A stretch of 64,000 bases of DNA from an uncultured Alphaproteobacteria bacterium. GTDB lineage: Bacteria > Pseudomonadota > Alphaproteobacteria > Micropepsales > Micropepsaceae. Positions 10,681-20,083 of the stretch are shown here, piece by piece. The number at the start of each line of letters is the position of its first letter. The stretch's first letter is position 1. Where the stretch lies: assembly GCA_963805005.1 (NCBI GenBank), contig CAWDSJ010000001.1, positions 357,734 through 421,733 on the forward strand. The letters run 5' to 3'. Position numbers and translations under genes: made by a program. The notes under the pieces are model-generated. The model was given only the letters and a program-made list of their open reading frames with translations. It ran no database searches and was not told the DNA's origin.

Positions 10681-12765
10681 TCAGCCCGTCCGCAGATACC
10701 GCACGGCTTCGTCGCGCTCGAACAGATAAAGCAGAATGCGCAACGCTTCGCCGCGCGGAGATTTCAGGAGCGGGTCGCGCTCGACGATCATGCGGGCGTC
10801 GTCTTGCGCGGCGGCAAGCAGCTCGCCATGCACGGCGAGGTTCGCGATGCGGAAGGCCGGCATGCCGCTCTGCCGGGTGCCGAGGAATTCGCCCGGACCG
10901 CGCAGGCGCAAATCCGCCTCCGCGATCTCGAATCCGTCGTCGGTCTCGCGCAAGGTCTTGAGCCTTTCCTTGGCGGTTTCGCCCAGCGGCGCCTGATAGA
11001 CCAGCAGGCAGGTCGATGGAGCGTCGCCGCGGCCGACGCGACCGCGCAGCTGATGCAATTGAGCAAGGCCGAAGCGTTCGGCTTGCTCCACCACCATGAT
11101 GGTGGCTTCCGGAACGTCGATTCCCACCTCGATGACGGTGGTCGCAACCAGCACCTTGGTTTCGCCCGCCTTGAAGCGGGCCATCGCCAAATCGCGCTCG
11201 GCCGGTTTCATGCGTCCATGCACCAGACCCACGCTGTCGCCGAGTGCCTCGGCGAGCGTTTTGGCGCGCTCCGCCGCGGCGGCGAGATCGATTTTTTCGG
11301 ACTCTTCCACGAGCGGGCACACCCAGTAGGCGCGCGCGCCTGAGCCGATAGCCCGCCGCAGGTGTTCGACGACCTCTTCCAGGCGTTCGACCGGCAACAC
11401 CCGGGTTTGCACGGGCTTGCGCCCCGGCGGGCGTCCTTCGAGCCGCGAGACATCCATCTCGCCATAGGCGGTGAGCGCCAGCGTGCGCGGAATAGGGGTG
11501 GCCGTCATCACCAGTACGTCCACCGGTTTTGCGCCCTTGCCCTGCAATTGCATGCGGTGATGCACGCCGAAGCGGTGCTGCTCGTCGACGACGGCTATTG
11601 CCAGATCGCGAAACGCAACGTCTTCCGAAAACAGCGCATGCGTGCCGATGAGAATGTCGATTTCGCCTGTCGCAAGCCGCGTCAATATCTCGTCCCGCGC
11701 GGCACCGCGTTCGCGTCCGGTCAACAGCGCCAGGCGAATGCCTGCAGCCTCGGCTATGCCGCCAAGCGCGGCGCCGTGCTGACGGGCGAGTATTTCCGTG
11801 GGCGCCATCAGCGCGGCCTGGCAGCCCGCCTCGACGGCATTGAGCATGGCCAGCATCGCCACCACCGTCTTTCCCGCGCCGACATCGCCCTGAAGCAGTC
11901 GAAGCATGCGCGCCGGGGAGGCCATGTCGGCTTCGATCTCGGCAAGACAGCGCATCTGCGCCGGCGTCAGCTGGAAGGGCAGCGCCGCAAGTGCTGCCTG
12001 TTTCAGATGTCCGTCGCCCACGATCGGGCGTCCTTTCGGTCCCTTCATCCGGGCGCGGATGAGCGCCAGAGCGAGCTGATTGGCGAGCAGCTCGTCGAAG
12101 GCAAGGCGCATCCGGGCAGGCGCAGAAGCATCGAGTTCGGCTTCGGTCTTGGGCGCATGGGCGGCGAGCAGCGCCGCGTTGAATCTATCCCAGCCACGGG
12201 CCTTGCGAAATGCCGGCTCCTGCCATTCGGGCATGGCCGGCACGCGCGACAGCGCCGCGGCGACGGCCTTGACGAGCGACTTCGCGGGCAAGCCTTCGGT
12301 GAGCCGGTAGACCGGCTCGTGCAAGGGGAAGGTTTCTGCGGCGTCGGGCGCGGCAATGTGATCGGGATGGACCATCTGCAGCCTGCCGCCATATCGCTCG
12401 ACGCGGCCGCTGACGATGCGCTGCGAGCCGATCGGCAGCGCGCGCGCGAGGTAATCGATTTTGGCATGGAAGAACACCAGCTCGATGACCGCGGTGTCAT
12501 CGGAGCAGCGCACCCGGTAGGGTTGGCGTGCGTCCCGCCGCGGCTGATGATCGAGAACGTTCAGTGTGAGAGTAGCGATGCGGCCGGTCTCGGCTTCGAT
12601 CAGGCGAGGCCGATAGCTGCGGTCGATCATGCCGGCCGGCAGATCGAACACGAGATCGACAAGCCGCGTGCCCGCCGCCCGCGCAATGAGCTTTTCGAGC
12701 CTGGGGCCGATGCCGGGAAGCGTGCGCGTCTCGGCAAACAGTGGAAAAAGAATCGCGGGCCGCAT
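10681..12765 (-). CDS. recG: ATP-dependent DNA helicase RecG
   Basis: LLQGDVGAGKT, VDEQHRFGV, MTATPIPRTL, GLAQLHQLRGRVGRG, DLRLRGPGEFLGTRQSG. Confidence 0.97.
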   Translation of the reverse strand: MRPAILFPLFAETRTLPGIGPRLEKLIARAAGTRLVDLVFDLPAGMIDRSYRPRLIEAETGRIATLTLNVLDHQPRRDARQPYRVRCSDDTAVIELVFFHAKIDYLARALPIGSQRIVSGRVERYGGRLQMVHPDHIAAPDAAETFPLHEPVYRLTEGLPAKSLVKAVAAALSRVPAMPEWQEPAFRKARGWDRFNAALLAAHAPKTEAELDASAPARMRLAFDELLANQLALALIRARMKGPKGRPIVGDGHLKQAALAALPFQLTPAQMRCLAEIEADMASPARMLRLLQGDVGAGKTVVAMLAMLNAVEAGCQAALMAPTEILARQHGAALGGIAEAAGIRLALLTGRERGAARDEILTRLATGEIDILIGTHALFSEDVAFRDLAIAVVDEQHRFGVHHRMQLQGKGAKPVDVLVMTATPIPRTLALTAYGEMDVSRLEGRPPGRKPVQTRVLPVERLEEVVEHLRRAIGSGARAYWVCPLVEESEKIDLAAAAERAKTLAEALGDSVGLVHGRMKPAERDLAMARFKAGETKVLVATTVIEVGIDVPEATIMVVEQAERFGLAQLHQLRGRVGRGDAPSTCLLVYQAPLGETAKERLKTLRETDDGFEIAEADLRLRGPGEFLGTRQSGMPAFRIANLAVHGELLAAAQDDARMIVERDPLLKSPRGEALRILLYLFERDEAVRYLRTG

Positions 12766-12849
12766 GACCCGCCAAGGTTAGCGGAGCCCGTTCCAAAAGC
12801 TCAATGGATCGGCGGCCTCACCGCAGAATACGGGGCGCGCGAGAAATTG

Positions 12850-13128
12850 GGCTGCGCGAGAACGCGAAACATTCTTCCTCCCCCGTGCGAAGCATGGGGG
12901 AGGTGTCTCCCGCGGCGTTAAGCCGGGGGAGAGGGGGGCATCGATTCCCGTTTCGCGCCATTGCGCGGCTGCGCATATCGGCAAGGTCGCAAATCATTGG
13001 GATGGCATCGTCGTAGCGCCCCCCTCCTCCTTCGCTGCTCTGCAGCTTCGGAGGACTTTCGAACAAACCCGCCGAAGCTCGCGGAGCGAAGGCGGGCCCT
13101 TCGCTGCGCGAACGGGGAAGGAAGAATA
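12850..13128. repeat. Gene-less derivative of the DUF559 palindromic element, carrying a 72-bp insertion
   Basis: 12850-13015 is an inverted homolog of about 17640-17825, including the codons for MICDLADMR. 13025-13096 is a separate double-hairpin insert. Confidence 0.8.
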
Positions 13129-13240
13129 TTGGCCAATCATGTGTGCAACCTGATCGGGGCAGCGCTCCCAGTGGCGTCCAACGCAGTATGTCTTCTGCGC
13201 CGCTCTGGCACTCGCGCCCGGCACTCGCTATATCGGCCCC

Positions 13241-13534
13241 ATGATCGACGACCGGAGCGAAAAAATCGCCGTCCGGCGAAAGCGTTTGCGCTTTCGCTGC
13301 CATCGGCGCGGCTTCAAGGAGGTGGATTTGATCTTTGCCACCTTCGCCGAGGCCAGCCTGGCCGAGCTGGACGAACCCGGCCTCGACCAGCTCGAAATGC
13401 TGCTGGAGGCGCCGGACCACGACGTCTTCGCCTGGTTGCAGGGCGAGGCGCCGGTGCCGGCGCCATTCGATAACGCCGTATTTGCGCAGATGAGATCGCT
13501 CTGCCAGCGTAAGAGTCCGACGTGGAACGTCTAA
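13241..13534 (+). CDS. sdhE: Succinate dehydrogenase assembly factor 2 (SdhE/Sdh5)
   Basis: RRKRLRFRCHRRGFKEVDLIF with the RG(x)KE flavinylation motif; immediately upstream of mfd. Confidence 0.87.
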   Translation: MIDDRSEKIAVRRKRLRFRCHRRGFKEVDLIFATFAEASLAELDEPGLDQLEMLLEAPDHDVFAWLQGEAPVPAPFDNAVFAQMRSLCQRKSPTWNV

Positions 13535-16500
13535 GCTATATCGCCCGTACCGAAGGCCATCTGACGGTCACCGGCGCGCCGGACGGCTTCGATGCCTATC
13601 TCGCCGCCGAGGCGGCCAGACGGCGGGCCGGGCTGGTGCTGTTTGTCGCCAGCGACGATCTGCGCGCGCAATCGGCACTGGACGCCGTCCGCTTCTTTGC
13701 GCCGGACATTCCGATGCTCTTTTTCCCGGCCTGGGATTGTCTTCCTTACGACCGCGTTTCGCCCAAGCCGGACATCGAGAGCCGCCGTTCGGCTACATTG
13801 TCCGCGCTTGCAAGGCGCACGAAAAAGTCCGGGCCGGCCGTCGTCGTGACGACCGTTAATGCCCTTGTCCAAAGGGTGCCGCCGCGTTCGGTGATTGCCG
13901 AATCGAGCTTCTATGCCCGCGTGGGCGGCACAGTGGAGCATGATCGTCTCGTCGACTATCTCGTCAAGAACGGCTATGCGCGGGCCGGCACGGTGCGCGA
14001 GCCGGGCGATTTCGCGCTGCGCGGCGGCATCATCGACCTCTGGCCGCCCGGTACGGAGGAGCCGCTGCGCCTCGATTTCTTCGGCGCGACGCTCGACGCC
14101 ATCCGGCGTTTCGATGCCGATACGCAGCTGTCCTCGGAGCAGATTGCCGAGATCGAATTGCTGGCGGCGAGCGAAGTGCAGCTCGACCAGGATTCGATCA
14201 GCCGTTTTCGCGCCGGTTATGTGGCGACGTTCGGCCCGGCCGGCGACGATCCGCTTTACGAAGCGGTGAGCGCCGGCCGCAAGCACCCCGGCATGGAGCA
14301 TTGGCTGCCGCTTTTCTATCCGCAGCTCGACACGCTTTTCGATTACCTGCACCACCCCTTGATATTCTTCTCGCACCAGGCCGAGGAAGCCAAGCAGGCG
14401 CGGTTCGAGCTCATCTCCGACTATTACAGCACGCGGCGGCAGTTCTTGCAGGCCGGCCGCGACGGCGCCGAGACGGTTGGAGCAGCGCCCTACAAGCCGC
14501 TGCCGCCCGAACGTCTCTACATCACCGACGGGGAATGGAAGGCGGCTATGTCCCATCGCGCCGTCCGCGAGCTTTCGCCGTTTCAGGCGCCGGAATCGAA
14601 GCATTCCGTCGATGCAGGCGGCAGGCAGGGCCGCGATTTTGCGCCCGAGCGGACACAAGGCCGCGTCAACGTTTTCGAAGCGGCCGCCGAGCACATCAAA
14701 TCCCTGCAGCAGGCAAAAAAGCGGGTGCTGGTGGCGGCGTGGAGCGAGGGCTCGGCCGAGCGTCTCGGCGGCGTGCTGTCCGATCACGGACTTGCCGCGA
14801 TGCGCCATGTCGAAGGCTGGCAGGATGCGGCTGCGCTGCATGGCGCCGCAATCGGCGTGGGGGTCCTGGGTCTCGAGCACGGTTTCGAGGCGGACGCTTT
14901 TGCAATCGTCTCCGAGCAGGACATCCTGGGCGACCGCATGGCGCGTCCGCGGGCGCGCTCCAAGCGGGCGCAAAATTTTCTGGCCGAGGCTTCCAGTCTC
15001 GTCCCCGGCGATCTGGTCACCCATATCGAGCACGGCATCGGCCGCTACACCGGCCTTCGCACCATCGACGTGGCCGGCGCTCCGCACGATTGCCTCGAGC
15101 TGCATTATGACGGCGGCAAGCTCTTTCTGCCGGTCGAAAACATCGAGCTCTTGACGCGCTACGGCTCGGACGAGGGAACCGCACAGCTCGACCGGCTGGG
15201 CGGTAGCGGATGGCAGCAGCGCAAGGCCCGCATGAAGGCGCGCGTGCGCGAGATTGCCGCCGAGCTGATTCGGATTGCCGCCGCGCGCCAGCTCAAATCC
15301 CTGCCCGCCGTGGAGGCGCCGCAGGGTCTCTACGACGAATTCTGCGCCCGCTTCCCGTGGGCCGAGACGGAGGATCAGGACCGCGCCATCGCCGAGACGG
15401 TGGAAGATCTGGCGAACGGCCGGCCGATGGACCGTCTGGTCTGCGGCGATGTGGGTTTCGGAAAGACCGAAGTCGCGTTGCGTGCGGCCTTTGTCGAGGC
15501 GATGTCGGGCATGCAAGTTGCCGTGGTGGTGCCGACGACCCTGCTGGCGCGTCAGCATTTCCGGACCTTTGCCGAGCGCTTTCGCGGCTTTCCGATAAAA
15601 GTGCGGCAGCTGTCGCGCTTCGTCGATGCCAAGGAGGCGCGCGAAACCAAAGCGGGCCTTGCGTCCGGCGACATCGATATCGTTGTGGGCACGCATGCGC
15701 TGCTTTCGAAGACCGTGAACTTCAAGCAGCTCGGCCTCGTCATCGTCGATGAAGAGCAGCATTTCGGCGTCGCCCACAAGGAGCGGCTGAAATCGCTCAA
15801 GGCGGATGTGCATGTGCTCACGCTGACGGCCACTCCCATTCCGCGGACGCTGCAATTGGCGCTTTCGGGTGTGCGCGACCTCTCGTTGATCACCACGCCG
15901 CCGATCGATCGCCTGGCGGTGCGCACCTTCGTCACGCCGTTCGATCCGCTCGTCGTGCGGGAAGCCTTGTTGCGCGAGCATTATCGCGGCGGACAGAGCT
16001 TCTATGTCTGCCCGCGCATTGCCGACCTGCATGAGGCCGAAGAATTCCTCAAGCAGACCGTCCCTGAAGTGAAGGTGGCGGTGGGTCACGGCCAGATGGC
16101 CGCAAGCCAGCTCGAAGACATCATGACGGCATTCTACGACGGCCGGGTGGACGTGCTGATCTCCACCAACATCGTGGAAAGCGGCCTCGATATCCCGAGC
16201 GCCAACACGCTGATCGTCCACCGTGCCGACATGTTCGGTCTGGCGCAGCTCTATCAGCTGCGCGGTCGCATCGGCCGTTCCAAGCAGCGCGCCTACGCCT
16301 ATCTCACGACGCCGGCAGACCGGAAACTCACCGAGACGGCCGAACGGCGGCTGCAGGTTCTGCAGTCGCTGGATCAGCTGGGCGCGGGGTTCTCGATTGC
16401 AAGCCACGATCTGGACATCCGCGGCGCCGGCAATCTTCTCGGAGAGGAGCAGTCCGGCCATGTGCGCGAAGTGGGCATCGAGCTTTATCAGGACATGCTC

Positions 16501-17010
16501 GAAGAAGCCGTTGCGCAGCTGCGTCAGGGCACGGCCGCGGAGGAGATCGGCGAGCAGTGGTCGCCGCAGATCAATATCGGCACGGCCGTGCTCATCCCGG
16601 AGGATTACGTCGGCGATCTCAATGTGCGCATGGCGCTCTACCGGCGGCTGGCCGGGCTGCAGGACCGCGCCGAGATCGACCGCTTCGCAGCCGAGCTGAT
16701 CGATCGCTTCGGGCGGTTGCCCGAAGAGGTCAAGCACCTGCTCGACATCGTGGCGATCAAGACGCTGTGCCGGGCGGCGTCGGTCGAGAAAATCGATGCC
16801 GGGCCCAAGGGCGCCACGCTCAGCTTTCGCAACAATGCGTTTCCCAATCCCGCAGGCCTGGTGCGTCTCATTGCCGAGCACCAGTCCACCATGAGGGTGC
16901 GGCCGGATCGGAAAGTCGTCATCGCGCGCGATTGGCCCTCGCCGGAAGAACGGCTGAAGGGCACGCATGTGTTCTTGGGCCAGCTCGCCAAGCTGGCCAA
17001 AGCGGCTTAG
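13522..17010 (+). CDS. mfd: Transcription-repair coupling factor
   Basis: PAWDCLPYDRVSP, RGGIIDLWP, GDLVTHIEHGIGRY, DRLVCGDVGFGKTEVA, GLAQLYQLRGRIGRS. Confidence 0.97.
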   Translation: MERLSYIARTEGHLTVTGAPDGFDAYLAAEAARRRAGLVLFVASDDLRAQSALDAVRFFAPDIPMLFFPAWDCLPYDRVSPKPDIESRRSATLSALARRTKKSGPAVVVTTVNALVQRVPPRSVIAESSFYARVGGTVEHDRLVDYLVKNGYARAGTVREPGDFALRGGIIDLWPPGTEEPLRLDFFGATLDAIRRFDADTQLSSEQIAEIELLAASEVQLDQDSISRFRAGYVATFGPAGDDPLYEAVSAGRKHPGMEHWLPLFYPQLDTLFDYLHHPLIFFSHQAEEAKQARFELISDYYSTRRQFLQAGRDGAETVGAAPYKPLPPERLYITDGEWKAAMSHRAVRELSPFQAPESKHSVDAGGRQGRDFAPERTQGRVNVFEAAAEHIKSLQQAKKRVLVAAWSEGSAERLGGVLSDHGLAAMRHVEGWQDAAALHGAAIGVGVLGLEHGFEADAFAIVSEQDILGDRMARPRARSKRAQNFLAEASSLVPGDLVTHIEHGIGRYTGLRTIDVAGAPHDCLELHYDGGKLFLPVENIELLTRYGSDEGTAQLDRLGGSGWQQRKARMKARVREIAAELIRIAAARQLKSLPAVEAPQGLYDEFCARFPWAETEDQDRAIAETVEDLANGRPMDRLVCGDVGFGKTEVALRAAFVEAMSGMQVAVVVPTTLLARQHFRTFAERFRGFPIKVRQLSRFVDAKEARETKAGLASGDIDIVVGTHALLSKTVNFKQLGLVIVDEEQHFGVAHKERLKSLKADVHVLTLTATPIPRTLQLALSGVRDLSLITTPPIDRLAVRTFVTPFDPLVVREALLREHYRGGQSFYVCPRIADLHEAEEFLKQTVPEVKVAVGHGQMAASQLEDIMTAFYDGRVDVLISTNIVESGLDIPSANTLIVHRADMFGLAQLYQLRGRIGRSKQRAYAYLTTPADRKLTETAERRLQVLQSLDQLGAGFSIASHDLDIRGAGNLLGEEQSGHVREVGIELYQDMLEEAVAQLRQGTAAEEIGEQWSPQINIGTAVLIPEDYVGDLNVRMALYRRLAGLQDRAEIDRFAAELIDRFGRLPEEVKHLLDIVAIKTLCRAASVEKIDAGPKGATLSFRNNAFPNPAGLVRLIAEHQSTMRVRPDRKVVIARDWPSPEERLKGTHVFLGQLAKLAKAA

Positions 17011-17016
17011 GCGTAA

Positions 17017-17063
17017 GCGCACGACATTCTTCCTCCCCCATGCTGCGCACGGGGGAGGAAGAA
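17017..17063. repeat. Palindromic REP (CTTCCTCCCCC family) after the mfd stop
   Basis: Perfect 13-bp stem TTCTTCCTCCCCC / GGGGGAGGAAGAA. 17017-17039 is the exact reverse complement of 17791-17813. Confidence 0.85.
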
Positions 17064-17177
17064 GCCGGGCGGCGCGTCGAGCCGGCGATCGTCAATCTGT
17101 TCGTAGGTCGCCTGGGCCGGGCCGTGACCCGGCGCGACAGCTTCAGGCTGTTCGGGCTTTAGCGCGATACCCACACT

Positions 17178-17802
17178 CTTCCTCCCCCGTGCGCAGCATG
17201 GGGGAGGTGGCGAGCTCCCCCGGCTTAAAGCCGGGGGAGCGAGACGGAGGGGGCACGACCGACAGGCATCGATACAGTTTCGGCAATCTCCGACGACGTC
17301 TTGCTCGCACGCTATCTTGCCCTTCGCTCAGGCAATCGCCATGGCATACGTCGTACCGAAAACGCTCGCTCGCGCACGCGAACTCCGGAAAAGGCTTACC
17401 GATGCCGAAACCATCCTATGGTTCCGTCTGCGAGGCCTTCAAGGCATTCGATTCCGGAGGCAGCATCCTGTCGGACCGTTCATCGCCGATTTTGCCTGCA
17501 CGCGCGCCCGTCTGATCGTGGAAATTGACGGCGCCACCCACGGAACCGAAGCCGAGCGGAGCTATGACGCACGCCGGGACTTGTTTCTCGGAAGCCGCGG
17601 CTGGCGGGTTGTACGAATTCCGAATGTGGACATCTATGAACGCTCCGACGACGTCGTCTCAATGATTTGCGACCTTGCCGATATGCGCATTCGCGCAAAG
17701 GTACGAGGCGGGATTTGATGCCCCCTCCGTCTCACTCCCCCGGCTTTAAGCCGGGGTCGCTCGACACCTCCCCCATTCGCTCTTGCGAACGGGGGAGGAA
17801 GA
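17178..17802. mobile_element. DUF559 gene bracketed by about 80-bp inverted double-hairpin arms (REPtron-like unit)
   Basis: Arms 17178-17255 and 17719-17802 are near-identical inverted copies, each with two hairpins. Mobility is inferred, not shown. Confidence 0.6.
17341..17718 (+). CDS. DUF559 (Vsr-like / PD-(D/E)XK) endonuclease
   Basis: ARELRKRLTDAETILW, FRRQHPVGPFIADFAC, LIVEIDGATH, RDLFLGSRGWRVVRIPN. Confidence 0.88.
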   Translation: MAYVVPKTLARARELRKRLTDAETILWFRLRGLQGIRFRRQHPVGPFIADFACTRARLIVEIDGATHGTEAERSYDARRDLFLGSRGWRVVRIPNVDIYERSDDVVSMICDLADMRIRAKVRGGI

Positions 17803-17954
17803 ATGTCGTGCGCTCTCGCGCGGCTCCATCCCTCCGGCGTCTCTCCGCACTCCGCATTGAGAAACGTGACACAAACGAACCCTAAAATGCGATTGCCCTG
17901 CTGTCTCGGGCTTATCGGATTGCACGCATGACTTCCAATGTGTATTCTTGCGCC

Positions 17955-18167
17955 ATGAAAGATCAGATCATCACTCGCGATCCGGACGTCATGGGTGGAA
18001 CCGCCGTGTTCCGCGGCACGCGCGTCCCTGTGCAGACGCTTCTCGACTATCTGGAGGCAGGCGACTCGATCGACGAGTTCCTTGCGGGCTTTCCCAACGT
18101 CACCCGCGCACAGGTGGTCGCCTTCCTGGAAAGCGCAACCGACCGGTTGGTCGAATCGGTTTCGTGA
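17955..18167 (+). CDS. DUF433 antitoxin
   Basis: IITRDPDVMGGTAVFRGTRVPVQTLLDYLEAGDSIDEFLAGFP. Confidence 0.88.
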   Translation: MKDQIITRDPDVMGGTAVFRGTRVPVQTLLDYLEAGDSIDEFLAGFPNVTRAQVVAFLESATDRLVESVS

Positions 18168-18484
18168 GGGTTTTTCTCGACGAATGCGTTGATTGGCGTT
18201 TGTCGCGCGCGATTTCCGGACATGACGTCCGAACTGCCCGCCAAATGGGTTGGACGGCGATCAAGAACGGAGAATTGCTGAGGCTTGCTTCCGAACTGTT
18301 CGAGGTCTTTGTGACCGTGGATCGAAACCTTGCGTTTCAGCAGCCGATGGACTCGCTACGGATTTCGGTCATTGTGCTCCGTGCCAACTCAAACCGGCTC
18401 GCCGATTTGATGCCGCTTGTGCCGGCGCTTCACGCCGCCGTCGCAGCCACAACGGGTGGCACCGTAAGCGTGATTGGCAATTAA
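18164..18484 (+). CDS. DUF5615 PIN-like toxin (VapC45-like)
   Basis: VFLDECV, GHDVRT, FVTVDRNL; GTGA overlap with the DUF433 gene. Confidence 0.85.
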   Translation: MRVFLDECVDWRLSRAISGHDVRTARQMGWTAIKNGELLRLASELFEVFVTVDRNLAFQQPMDSLRISVIVLRANSNRLADLMPLVPALHAAVAATTGGTVSVIGN

Positions 18485-18662
18485 GCGCCGACAGTCGACA
18501 CGCGTGTCGATCTCTGTATGGAAACATTACGTAATTCACGTCGACAACGAAGATGACCCGGCCTCCTTGGGACCGCGGGCTTCCAGCCCGCAATTAATCG
18601 TGCCACCCCATCACCGTATTCTGCTACAATGTAAATGATAGTACGATTTCGAGGCTCCCGGC

Positions 18663-19940
18663 ATGAAAGTCTTTTGGTCGTGGCAGTCCGATACACCAGG
18701 AAAGATCGGACGCCATTTTGTCCGCGACGCCTTGCAGGCGGCGATCGAGCAGCTGAAGGAAGCGCCCGAGGTCGAGGAGCCGACAGAGCGCGAAACGCGA
18801 TCGGCAGTGCATCTCGATCAAGACCGCAAAGGGATTTCGGGTAGCCCTGATTTGGCCCGAGTGATCCTCGAGAAAATCGAAGCTGCCGCGGTCTTCGTCG
18901 CGGATGTGACGGCCGTGGGCTTTGTTTCAAACGAGAAGCAAGGGCCGGCGAAGAAGCTCATCAATCCCAATGTCGCAATAGAGCTTGGGTACGCTCTTCA
19001 TGCCCTCACCGACCGCGCGCTTCTCATGGTGATGAACGAACACTACGGCAGCCGCGCTGACCTTCCTTTCGACCTGCAATCTAAAGCAGGCCCGCTTATG
19101 TATTCCTTGGCTCCTGACGCCGACAGACAGACAGTCGCAGCAGCATCCCGGACACTCGCCGCGCGCCTCAAGGAGGCTCTAGAGCCGTTCATTGTGCAAA
19201 GAGTTGAGCAAATCCGCCAAGAACATCCGTTTCCCGAGGCACCGGCCAAAGACGGGCCAGCGAGATTTCGCGGCCCAGGAGAACCAATAGGCACATTGAA
19301 AGACTTGCTGCCGTTCGGCCCCAATGCCGGGAAGAGCATCACGCTTCGTCCTGGCCCGGCGACATGGCTTCGTCTGATGCCCACCTTCGATCGCGGTCAG
19401 ACCTGGACGGCCGAGGAATTACAGGAGGTATCCCGCAGAGGAAATCTCCCCTTGCAGCCGTTCGTGTGGAACACTTTCCGCACCGTGCGCGGCGCGGACG
19501 GCATCGGCTGTTGCGATCTTCCCGGCGATGCACAGGAAACGAACTCTTTAGCCTTTGCGTTCGAAACGGGTGAAGTATGGGCGATCGATACCTGGGTATT
19601 GGGCTCGCATCCGGCCGAAATTTTTGTCGGCGAAATCGAGCGAGGGTGGCTCGATCGATTCGGGGGCTATGCGGCGTTCCTCCGCGGCCTCAAGATAGAA
19701 CCTCCTTATCGTTGGATCGCTGGTATGGCAGGCGTGAACCACTGGCGCCTGCGATACCCTCTCGCGCGAGGTCAGATGCAACTTGCCGAATGGTCAGGCC
19801 CGGAATGCCTAGCCGAGCAAATTGTGGTCGACGGCACCTTCGCCGGCAAAGAGACGCCGCTTGCCGCGCTGCTGCCGTTTTTCGAGGCGATCTATAAGAG
19901 ATGCGGCATGCGCCGCCCCGACTACTTGCCGCGAGAATGA
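18663..19940 (+). CDS. Two-domain protein: N-terminal TIR/nucleoside-deoxyribosyltransferase-like domain plus uncharacterised C-terminal domain; candidate defence protein
   Basis: VFWSWQSD, ILEKIEAAAVFVADVT, NPNVAIELGYA (putative catalytic Glu), LPFDL. Confidence 0.6.
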   Translation: MKVFWSWQSDTPGKIGRHFVRDALQAAIEQLKEAPEVEEPTERETRSAVHLDQDRKGISGSPDLARVILEKIEAAAVFVADVTAVGFVSNEKQGPAKKLINPNVAIELGYALHALTDRALLMVMNEHYGSRADLPFDLQSKAGPLMYSLAPDADRQTVAAASRTLAARLKEALEPFIVQRVEQIRQEHPFPEAPAKDGPARFRGPGEPIGTLKDLLPFGPNAGKSITLRPGPATWLRLMPTFDRGQTWTAEELQEVSRRGNLPLQPFVWNTFRTVRGADGIGCCDLPGDAQETNSLAFAFETGEVWAIDTWVLGSHPAEIFVGEIERGWLDRFGGYAAFLRGLKIEPPYRWIAGMAGVNHWRLRYPLARGQMQLAEWSGPECLAEQIVVDGTFAGKETPLAALLPFFEAIYKRCGMRRPDYLPRE

Positions 19941-20083
19941 CTGAAGCCAGCGTGGTCATTTGGCGCGCCGCCGACGGCAATCGACCGGATGCTGGTGTCG
20001 GTGCACCAGGCGGCGACGCTGGAATGCCGGGACATGAAATGCATTTTCCCAACGGCCTTGAGTTTCGGCGCGGACGACGAATG

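Noticed and set aside
13531-17022. 1163-aa minus-strand ORF
   Set aside because: Exact antisense shadow of mfd. The same applies to other long overlapping ORFs (for example 26481-27989, 36191-37591, 38178-39557).
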